From: a virus | Strand: one strand, 5' to 3' | Virus record (IMG/VR): IMGVR_UViG_3300030361_000024 | DNA: 64,000 bases | Part shown: positions 25,190 through 33,370 of the stretch, piece by piece | Layout: each line of letters starts with the position of its first letter | Position numbering within the stretch: the first letter of the stretch is position 1 | Position numbers and translations under genes: made by a program | Notes under the pieces: generated by a model | Told to the model about the DNA's origin: nothing | The model's input: only the letters and a program-made list of their open reading frames with translations | Database searches by the model: none

Positions 25190-25684
25190 TTAGAAGTTGT
25201 TGGCAAACTCAATTACAGCTTCTGGGCATTCAGGCCAGTTTGCATCGTCATAAACGTCTGCGCCCTGCTCAGCCAGATTGTGCCACGTCTGACGCATGGA
25301 GGCGATCCAGAGAAGACCCTGAGTGTACAACCCCTTACCTGTGTCATCCAGCAGCCCAGCGGCAACCGCAGCAGCCATGTTGAGCTGTTTCGTGGTGCTT
25401 GCGACTGCGAGAATACGGCGCTTACATTCCCTCTGCGCTTCGTCCGTGCGCTCCTCTAGCGGGATGTCGTATTCAATCCACTCTAGAGCGCCATCAACCG
25501 GCGTGTCTGAAAGCCTGTAGCGTTTGCCGGGTTTTGCCTCTGGCTGGTCTGGCACCGCAACAGGTGTCATCCCGTATTCAGCGCGCAGTTCATCAGTCAG
25601 CAACTTTGGAAAGCTAACCGTTGGATTGTCCGTGCGCAGGTCACGGTCTGTGTATGGATATTTGTCGCCGTTCTGGTATGTCAT
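25190..25684 (-). CDS. hypothetical tail-module protein (164 aa)
   Basis: Clean ORF between the fibre-like and nozzle-like genes. Confidence 0.6.
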   Translation of the reverse strand: MTYQNGDKYPYTDRDLRTDNPTVSFPKLLTDELRAEYGMTPVAVPDQPEAKPGKRYRLSDTPVDGALEWIEYDIPLEERTDEAQRECKRRILAVASTTKQLNMAAAVAAGLLDDTGKGLYTQGLLWIASMRQTWHNLAEQGADVYDDANWPECPEAVIEFANNF

Positions 25685-25690
25685 TGTGTT

Positions 25691-26686
25691 TTACTCCGCC
25701 CGAATTGCCATGTAGATGTAATTATCGTTGACGCTGTTTATAACACCGGAGCTGGAGGTTATTTCAAAGCCAGTAGATGTTAGGTCAGCCCAAGTTCGAG
25801 ACGCTTCGCTTGTCACGTCATTAGCCTCTAGCACTGCATCGCTGCCAGAAGTTATGCCCCTAGTGGTATCAAAGATAAACCAGTCGGCGTTAGCCCCCGT
25901 AGCTCGTTTAATCAACAGAAACTGCGGTTGCCACCCTAGGTTAATTATGGGTCCATTGCTGGACCCGTTGCCTGTATAACTTCCGCACTGAATGTTTCCG
26001 GCAGGCTCATGTGCAAAAACGTATGCTACATAGTTTTGTCCGGATGTATTGACGTCAGCGTCAGTGCCTAGGGTAAAGTTGGTTGATGTAGGGGCAGTGT
26101 CGTTAAAAGCCGTCGCGGTATCAATCCTGGCGTTGGCTTCATTGAGAAGAAGTCTGAAATCCTCTGGGGCGGTGGCGTCGACAGCCCGGTGGTATACGCT
26201 CCAGTTCCGGAAATCTAGACGCTTAATCCAGATCATGCCCGGAACAGAACCCAAGTTATGTGTAACTGTCCTACCCGCAGTTCCGTTTCCTGTATAAGTT
26301 ACGACATCAAAGAACTGAGGAGCCTTGCGAAAGGTCCACGTAACTGCACTCCCTACGTTGTCAACGATATTAGCAATGCCCAAAGAGAACCCATTCGAGT
26401 TGAAAGACGTGAGACTTTGACTATTTGTAGATTCGCCGGATGGGGCGTCTGTAGACAAATACCTAGCAGACCCCCGCTCCGTATCAAACACATGGTGGTT
26501 CGAGGAGTTTGACCGGCTCTTAAACCACACCATGCCGCCCTCTCCCGCCAAGTCTATGCCGTTGTTTACAGTGCGGGGTTGACTGTTGGTGGTGAAGATA
26601 TCTGTAGAAAACAGGTCTGCGACTGAAGGTCCGGGCGCACCCCCCGCATTAGCCGCCGCCATCATTAGTAATTCCCAAATCTTCAT
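25691..26686 (-). CDS. structural protein with three internal repeats (331 aa)
   Basis: Recurrent segments are GGMVWFKSRSNSSNHHVFDTERG, PGMIWIKRLDFRNWSVYHRA and PQFLLIKRATGANADWFIFDTTRG. It has a 4-nt overlap with the tailspike gene. Confidence 0.7.
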   Translation of the reverse strand: MKIWELLMMAAANAGGAPGPSVADLFSTDIFTTNSQPRTVNNGIDLAGEGGMVWFKSRSNSSNHHVFDTERGSARYLSTDAPSGESTNSQSLTSFNSNGFSLGIANIVDNVGSAVTWTFRKAPQFFDVVTYTGNGTAGRTVTHNLGSVPGMIWIKRLDFRNWSVYHRAVDATAPEDFRLLLNEANARIDTATAFNDTAPTSTNFTLGTDADVNTSGQNYVAYVFAHEPAGNIQCGSYTGNGSSNGPIINLGWQPQFLLIKRATGANADWFIFDTTRGITSGSDAVLEANDVTSEASRTWADLTSTGFEITSSSGVINSVNDNYIYMAIRAE

Positions 26687-29600
26687 GACAAGTCACTTCC
26701 CGCTTCAAATCCATACCAAGGCGATCCGCCATTTGTGGTAAAGAACACATACGCCGCAGTCTCCCCGCTTGCTGGTGCCGATGGCGCAGTACCTCCAGGC
26801 CAGTCAACACTCGCAGGCCACGTGATAGTGTGAGTGCCACCAGCTTGAATCCTTACAGCGAACCCGTATGCGTGACCTGTTGGCGGGTTCACAAAGGAGA
26901 TTGTTGTGTTTCCGGTTGTGTTAAGGCTGAAAACTTCCGCGTCTTTAAAGTCCAGACTAGGCGTAGTCCCAGTCATGACATTAAGTCTTGCCTGCGGCCC
27001 CATTACGGCATCAAAGCCCTGGCCAGAGCCACGACGATAGTAAAGACCCGGACCTGCATTACCAAGTGTTTCGGTTGTAGCTGTCCCATCAGAAACAACT
27101 AGCGCAGAACCGGGACCAGTTGGAACAGTCGCCTGCGGGATAAATCCAGAAAGACGAATGCTGATGATGTTGTTGGTCTGCATATTGAGGGTGCCGCTCA
27201 TCTGGCCAGCACCGTTGATGGTCATGAACCCGTTGGCAGTAAAGCCCCCCGGAAGCGTCAAGAATCCAGAAGACGAAATAGTTGCCTGCGTCCCGCTAGC
27301 CCCTACTGTCAGGCTATTAAAAGTTGGATCTGTCGGGATAGAACCGCCACCAGTAACAGCCCCCGCCAGAGTCCCGGTATAGCTGCTGCTTACAGTCCCG
27401 GTAGGCGAGGTGGTCACAGACGTGCTGCCCAAGACTTCCATCTCGCCAAGAGTATTGCCTGACAGGTTATTTGGACCCAGCCAGACGTTTGACACGGCGG
27501 AGTTACCTACAGACAGACCATATCGGCTGTGGCCTGTTGATACGTTCCCAGTGACTACAATATCTCTAGTGAAGCCGGTCGCATTGGCCCGGATGTTAAT
27601 GCCTGCTGTGGCGGATTGGAGAACATCATTGTCAGCGACTGTATTGTTGCCAATTATAACCCTCTGAACGTATGTGTTTGGCTGGTTAGCGGCAACCCGG
27701 ATGCCAGACTGCCTAGAGCTGCGCACAACGTTGCCGGTGATTACAATGTCCTCGATAGCGTTTGCTTCGCCAGTCACATCCTGCTGGTTGACATTAATAC
27801 CAATGCCAGAGGAATCCGAAGGTTGCAGACCGGACCAAATGTTTTCGTCACCAGCCCTCAGAGACAAGTTGTCAGAGCAAAGGATTCGTTTCGCAGCTTC
27901 TTCGATAAAGATGTTGTTGCGTCGGTTCTGATCTGTCGTATTGTCAGACACAGTGATGTCAAACGAGAATGCGTCAACATCAATCCCGTCTGTTGTGTTC
28001 TGATTGCAGGTGTTGTTTGTGATCCTTCCGCGCCGTGCGTTAAATGGTCGAATGCCTGGAGCGCGACGATTGTCAGCATCAACACCGTTTTCATTTACGA
28101 TGTTATTGTCAATGGACCAATCAACACCGCTAGTTCCAGCAGATCCTTGAACCCGAATGCCATCAAATGCGCAATCGTGAACGTAGTTCCCCTCTGCCTC
28201 AAAGCCGTTACTGTTGAGGAAGTAAAGGCCGACTGTGCTTGCATCGGAAGTTGTCTGGTTTGCCTTGTTTCCGTTGAAGTTAATGCCACGGACAAAGAAT
28301 CGGCCAGATGTTACGCCGTTGTAGCGGATGATGTTTGCATTCGACGCATTGCGCAGGAAAAGCTCCGCCCCCGGCCTACCTTGAATGGAGACTGGATTAG
28401 TGACAGTAATCCCCGTTGTCTCATAGGTCTCACTGAGCAGAGTTACTGGCTGGTCAATGGAGTTTGCGTAAGTGAACGCGGCATTAAGGGCGGCTGTCAT
28501 GTCAGTGCTTCCACCAACGACATTAGCGGCAAAGTGGTTAGGGGTTACAATGTCATGCGGAATCCACCCCGGCGCGTCAGAGATAGTTGTCGCGCCAGTT
28601 TGATACCGATACAGCACCCTCCTATCTGAGGCGAGTTGACCGTCTGTGGGGCTTAGGTTGCTGAGGTCGTTGATGAAAGCAACCCGGCCCGGATAGGTGT
28701 AAATGTTGGTACTGCCGCTGCCAGCTTGGCCATTAATTGTCACCTCAGTGCCCGACAAGGTGCCAGTGAGCGCTGTGCCAAGGTTCAGAGACGTCACCCC
28801 GGACCCAAGAAGCGTCCCGTTGTTTCTGACAGTAATTCCACCAGACCCGCCAGCTCCAGCAACAGGAGACCAAGTGGAGCCGGTCCCGCGCCAATACAGG
28901 CCGCTGCCAGATCCACCAAATCCATTTGTAGAGGATGTCCCGTCAGACATAGCAACAAGATAATTGCCAGTGCGGGAAGGCTCTGACGTTTGCGCTTCGA
29001 ACTGAGCTGCATCAGCGTCTAGCTGAACCACATCATTAGGAGCGCCCAAGCGTAGGCGATCACCCGCAACCCCAACATACGGCATGGAGGCTTGGGTTGT
29101 CGTCCTATCCATCATGCCAAGGCGCGTCAGTGAGCCATTGGATGCAAACCTAAACTCTCTATTATCGTGGGCTTCCAGAGATACAGCCGCTGGCTTGGGG
29201 GAAACATCAAGAGAGAAGTTTTGCCGATTGCCATCAATAAAGGAGTTCAGGTACGCTTCAATTACATCGTAGGTGGGTGCCCATGTGTTTGATCCAGAGT
29301 TTGCAAATTCAACAAGGCTTGCCCCGGTAGCCCACTGTCGAACCTCAACACCGCGAATGTTTGGCCGTGCCGTTACGCCTACAGCATATGCATTGAACGT
29401 CAGCGCGGTTGCAGGAACCATATCCGCCGCATCTTGAATGAGCGAGATATTGTTGATGTTTACCCGGTCTGTGGCAAATGTCGAAAACCCGTTATCATGA
29501 TACAAGCCACTGATGGTCAGCTCATTCGTCTCACTACCCTGCCAGTCAATGATTTGGTTGTTATTCCTCTGAACAACTCCGACACCGCCGTTATAGAAGT

Positions 29601-30804
29601 GACAGTCGTAAATATCCTGAATGCCAGCGGTTGCCCTGTAGCAGCAGCGCGTCCAGCGAATAGTTGTTTCACTTACCTTACAGTCTGACCTGCGGATCTC
29701 AACGCCCGTGCCTACGTAGTTGGCATTGTCTGCAAACAGCGTCGGGTTGAAGGATACATCAAGCTCACCGATGATACATTGGTTAATCCAGACTTCAGGA
29801 CCGGATGTCGTGTCAACCAGAATCCCGTGGCCAATGTATTCATAGACCTCGGTCTGAAATACTTTGACGCGGCCTGCATCAACCTGAATACCTGAGCAAA
29901 GTCGCTCACAGTGAACCTTTACGTTTTGAATCCGACCATATGCCGACTGCCAGTCGATCACAAAGTCAGAAGCCCCGCTCCAGGATGAGCCAATCGCGAT
30001 AAATGTGCCATTCTTCATGACAGCCGAACGGGCCACATCGAAGGTAACAGTGGAGCTAATCCCGTATCTCTTGCCCGCTAGATCCAGTTCCCAGACAGGG
30101 CCTGTAAATCCAGCGTTAGAGCTAACTTGCGAGTTCAGGTAGTTTTTCCACGCGACAATTGCCGCCGTGTCATCTGTTACCCCATCACCAACTGCGCCGA
30201 AATGCAAAGGTGTGCAAGTGTTAATGCAGTCAAGCCCATTTAGCGATGGAAGGTGTGTAGAAACCCCATCATAGACGTACAAACTTTCTCCGGCGATGAT
30301 AAGATCACCAACCGATAGGGTCAGCCCCGGAAGTCCTGTGACAAGCTCTGCGCGCGTGGCGTAGAAGAAGTTCCCCCCGCTACCGCCTGTCTGCCCGTTA
30401 ATAGTGACTTCGTTTCCAGACAGAACCCCGGTAAGTGCGGTGCCAAGGTTAAGGGAGCGAACTTCTGTGCTAAGCGTAACGCCGTTGTTTCTAACGGTAA
30501 TATCGCCACTGCCACCGCCAGAGAACAGGTCTGTGAAGGTAATAGGATTCCATTGCTGAGTGGAGCCTTCAAAGATGCGCAAGACAGACGGATCATCAGG
30601 ATGCGGCCTAGTGTCGAGCCAAAGCCTGCTTGTGTCTGTTGGCGGGGTGTCTTGGATCTCGATATTATCAAAGACACCCACGTCCTTTAGCGCTGACAGG
30701 ATAAGGTCAGACCACTTTTCAGAGAAATTCCGGCCATTAGTTACATCACTACCCTCGAAAAAGAGCGCGTTGTGAATCCTGTTATCAAATGTCTCAGTCG
30801 TCAT
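26683..30804 (-). CDS. tailspike / tail fibre with two tandem right-handed beta-helix (pectate-lyase-like) modules (1373 aa)
   Basis: Module 1 begins LHFGAVGDGVTDDTAAIVAW. Module 2 has repeated rungs (IDNNIVNEN, ITNNTCNQN, VSDNTTDQN, ITGNVVRSS, IGNNTVADN, VTGNVSTGH). Each module is preceded by a duplicated 50-aa segment. Confidence 0.85.
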   Translation of the reverse strand: MTTETFDNRIHNALFFEGSDVTNGRNFSEKWSDLILSALKDVGVFDNIEIQDTPPTDTSRLWLDTRPHPDDPSVLRIFEGSTQQWNPITFTDLFSGGGSGDITVRNNGVTLSTEVRSLNLGTALTGVLSGNEVTINGQTGGSGGNFFYATRAELVTGLPGLTLSVGDLIIAGESLYVYDGVSTHLPSLNGLDCINTCTPLHFGAVGDGVTDDTAAIVAWKNYLNSQVSSNAGFTGPVWELDLAGKRYGISSTVTFDVARSAVMKNGTFIAIGSSWSGASDFVIDWQSAYGRIQNVKVHCERLCSGIQVDAGRVKVFQTEVYEYIGHGILVDTTSGPEVWINQCIIGELDVSFNPTLFADNANYVGTGVEIRRSDCKVSETTIRWTRCCYRATAGIQDIYDCHFYNGGVGVVQRNNNQIIDWQGSETNELTISGLYHDNGFSTFATDRVNINNISLIQDAADMVPATALTFNAYAVGVTARPNIRGVEVRQWATGASLVEFANSGSNTWAPTYDVIEAYLNSFIDGNRQNFSLDVSPKPAAVSLEAHDNREFRFASNGSLTRLGMMDRTTTQASMPYVGVAGDRLRLGAPNDVVQLDADAAQFEAQTSEPSRTGNYLVAMSDGTSSTNGFGGSGSGLYWRGTGSTWSPVAGAGGSGGITVRNNGTLLGSGVTSLNLGTALTGTLSGTEVTINGQAGSGSTNIYTYPGRVAFINDLSNLSPTDGQLASDRRVLYRYQTGATTISDAPGWIPHDIVTPNHFAANVVGGSTDMTAALNAAFTYANSIDQPVTLLSETYETTGITVTNPVSIQGRPGAELFLRNASNANIIRYNGVTSGRFFVRGINFNGNKANQTTSDASTVGLYFLNSNGFEAEGNYVHDCAFDGIRVQGSAGTSGVDWSIDNNIVNENGVDADNRRAPGIRPFNARRGRITNNTCNQNTTDGIDVDAFSFDITVSDNTTDQNRRNNIFIEEAAKRILCSDNLSLRAGDENIWSGLQPSDSSGIGINVNQQDVTGEANAIEDIVITGNVVRSSRQSGIRVAANQPNTYVQRVIIGNNTVADNDVLQSATAGINIRANATGFTRDIVVTGNVSTGHSRYGLSVGNSAVSNVWLGPNNLSGNTLGEMEVLGSTSVTTSPTGTVSSSYTGTLAGAVTGGGSIPTDPTFNSLTVGASGTQATISSSGFLTLPGGFTANGFMTINGAGQMSGTLNMQTNNIISIRLSGFIPQATVPTGPGSALVVSDGTATTETLGNAGPGLYYRRGSGQGFDAVMGPQARLNVMTGTTPSLDFKDAEVFSLNTTGNTTISFVNPPTGHAYGFAVRIQAGGTHTITWPASVDWPGGTAPSAPASGETAAYVFFTTNGGSPWYGFEAGSDLS
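28705..28854 (-). repeat. intragenic 50-aa repeat, copy 2 (aa 651-700)
   Basis: It reads AGGSGGITVRNNGTLLGSGVTSLNLGTALTGTLSGTEVTINGQAGSGSTN. Confidence 0.85.
30370..30519 (-). repeat. intragenic 50-aa repeat, copy 1 (aa 96-145)
   Basis: It reads GGGSGDITVRNNGVTLSTEVRSLNLGTALTGVLSGNEVTINGQTGGSGGN. Confidence 0.85.
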
Positions 30805-30837
30805 CAGCCTGTATCCGCATCCTGTTTGCGGAAAAGC

Positions 30838-30849
30838 TTAACATGTTTA
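30838..30849. promoter_or_regulatory. late-region palindrome copy (TTAACATGTTTA)
   Basis: 11 of 12 match, 33 nt upstream of the tailspike ATG at 30804. Confidence 0.4.
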
Positions 30850-30863
30850 GCAATTGAATGCTA

Positions 30864-33368
30864 TCACCTAAACCCGCCGCCGGTCGCAACAATGCTAGAT
30901 GGTGGGAGCCAGTACTCCTGATTATTTTCACGGCGAACCCGTTTTTCTGCGCGGCGCAGGTAGCCTGGATTAATTGTCTCTTGAAGTTGGAACCAGACAA
31001 GATAATCCATCGCTGACTTGGCATAGAACAGGTTGGCAAATGGCGTGTTGCTTTTGACAAGCCGTAGAAGATCACCGCTAATGTCGTCCTCTGCCCCGGT
31101 CACAATTCCTCGCGCGCGCTGCAAAAGGTCAATGGCCTCTGTTGCTGTGCCGATTGTTGGGCCAGCCAGAGTGTCCAGTGTGCCGCCACCGAAACGGTTA
31201 GCCTCACCGAACAAGAAGTCACCGTAGATCCCAAGTCCGCCACCCTGCAACAGAGCAGCCACGAATGTCTCTGCGCTCATCTCGCGCGTCTCTCGCCCCT
31301 TTAGGATCTCTTTCGTTTGCATGACGAAATAGCCGAGAACGGTTGTGCCTACAATAGCATTGGCTAGGCCAGCATTGGCTCCGATTCCCTTGCCAAGTTG
31401 TTCACGAAACGTCCGCGACCCTGTTCCGTAAACCTGACGTCCGACAACTTTTGTAAGGCCAGTGATGCCAAAGCTTTTGAATTGCGTCGCAAACCTGATT
31501 GCTTCTCCAGCCACAGTGCCGGGCCTGTAGCCCTGACGCAGGATTGCCCTTTCCCGCGCGCCCGCAGATGGAACCGCAAAGTCTGCCTCAGCCGACATAA
31601 GCGTAAAGAAGTTGTCAGATGCAGCATCTAGAACACGTTGATTTACCCCAGACCCTTCTAGCTGCCGGATATCACCGGGCATAATGTAGGAACGACCGTC
31701 CTCAGCCTCTCGTGTAGATTGGCGAATTACGTTCCACTGCGCCTCATCAATGCCGTAGATTCGCAGGAGGCGCTGCATGTCCTCTGGCAATTCATTAACC
31801 GTCCTGCCTGCGTTCATCGCGAAGTCACGGCTAATCATAAACGTAACGCCGCGTTTGTTTGCGTCGGACCAAGGCCCCAGAAGGTTCATCTTGAAGAAAA
31901 ACGCCATCGCCTTCGAGGTGGCTCCTGGAAGATCATCAGACGCATTGGCGCGACTCATAAAATCGCCAAGCTGCCCCTCAAGACCTGCTCCAAGAAGATC
32001 TGCAAACTCGCGCTTTTCTCCCCCTTGAAGGCCCTCAATAGATGCTGTAAACGCATCCTGCCAAGCATCACCGAGACTGCGACCCTGATAAATTCGGTTA
32101 GTCGCCGTGAATGCAATATCTGATGTGGCGGAGATTACAGCGCCACCAAGTTTTGCCATCGTCTGGATAGCGCGAATTGCAGAAGAAACGCGAGCGACCG
32201 TCGTGCCAGCGCCAAGATTGATATCCCCTGTCACTTCGTCCATTCGGTTTTGAATGTATCGGGGAACGCCCTTGCCAGCCTCAAGCTCGAACTTTTCCAG
32301 CTTTGCTTCATTGCCACGGTATTTCTCACGCGCAATTTTGACAACCCTTTCAAGCATTGCCTGCGGGTTAGTGCCGAAGTTTGAAATAATCGCAGTAGAC
32401 CTAGCGTTTCGGTTCAAGTCTTGATGGAACGCCTCACGCAGAGAGCCGGTCCCAAACTGGCGGTCATAGTCAAACCAGTCGTCAACGGTCTTAAACTCCA
32501 GAACCCGCGCCGCTGCATCTTTCTTGGCTAGGTTGCCCGGACCCTTAAACGCGCGCTCAATATCAGACACGTCTTTGTCTAGGCGAATGCCAGTCTTTAG
32601 AGAGATGTAAGTCTCTGACAGGAATTTCTCAATTTGCTCAGGGCGAACACCCATCGCTTCATAATCAAGCTTTTGACGGACTGCATCTTTCCATTCTTTC
32701 TCCCCCGCAACAGCCATTTTTGCAGGATCGTGGCTTTGACGAACAACCCTGCCGGACTTTTCACGAATATGCCCGCCTTCTCGGTTGAGCCGCCGCACAG
32801 ATGTGACCTGATACTTCTGCATGATCTTGGCAATTTCCATAGCCTCCCGGCTGACGTTAACGCCGCGCGGTTCTCGCCTATTTAGATCACCCAAAGCGTT
32901 AGCAACCTCCCGCTCGAAGTCGCCACTCATTTTGTTGTATTGCGTGTGCAGATTGGCTTTCTTCAGGTCATGAATAAGACCACCAGCATAAGAGTTCATC
33001 AAGCCATTGGTGATTGCATCAACTGACCTCTGCGCCCCCTCAAACGGAGCATTGACGCCACTGATAGCAGCTTCCAAGCCAAGAGCAGGATTGTCCGTCA
33101 TCTGGTCTGCGCGATTCATCAGGTCCAGAAGCTTATTTTCAATGACGATGTTTTTCAGCCGATTGCGGCGTTCAATCAGCGCGGCCTCTTCAGCTTGGCT
33201 GGCAATGATCTCCCCCTCTCGCAACAGGGCGGACTCAACGCTTTCCAGATTATCACTGGATTGGGCACGTTGCTTCCTGTTGTTGAGGTCTGCAAAGATA
33301 TCCTCAATCTCATCATCATCTAGCCGACCATTGTTAACTTGGTCAGCAATATTCAAACAATCAGCCAT
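30864..33368 (-). CDS. internal virion / ejection protein candidate (834 aa)
   Basis: Large alpha-helical-type composition. It is one of three consecutive giant genes between the adaptor side and the tailspike. Confidence 0.65.
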   Translation of the reverse strand: MADCLNIADQVNNGRLDDDEIEDIFADLNNRKQRAQSSDNLESVESALLREGEIIASQAEEAALIERRNRLKNIVIENKLLDLMNRADQMTDNPALGLEAAISGVNAPFEGAQRSVDAITNGLMNSYAGGLIHDLKKANLHTQYNKMSGDFEREVANALGDLNRREPRGVNVSREAMEIAKIMQKYQVTSVRRLNREGGHIREKSGRVVRQSHDPAKMAVAGEKEWKDAVRQKLDYEAMGVRPEQIEKFLSETYISLKTGIRLDKDVSDIERAFKGPGNLAKKDAAARVLEFKTVDDWFDYDRQFGTGSLREAFHQDLNRNARSTAIISNFGTNPQAMLERVVKIAREKYRGNEAKLEKFELEAGKGVPRYIQNRMDEVTGDINLGAGTTVARVSSAIRAIQTMAKLGGAVISATSDIAFTATNRIYQGRSLGDAWQDAFTASIEGLQGGEKREFADLLGAGLEGQLGDFMSRANASDDLPGATSKAMAFFFKMNLLGPWSDANKRGVTFMISRDFAMNAGRTVNELPEDMQRLLRIYGIDEAQWNVIRQSTREAEDGRSYIMPGDIRQLEGSGVNQRVLDAASDNFFTLMSAEADFAVPSAGARERAILRQGYRPGTVAGEAIRFATQFKSFGITGLTKVVGRQVYGTGSRTFREQLGKGIGANAGLANAIVGTTVLGYFVMQTKEILKGRETREMSAETFVAALLQGGGLGIYGDFLFGEANRFGGGTLDTLAGPTIGTATEAIDLLQRARGIVTGAEDDISGDLLRLVKSNTPFANLFYAKSAMDYLVWFQLQETINPGYLRRAEKRVRRENNQEYWLPPSSIVATGGGFR

Positions 33369-33370
33369 GT

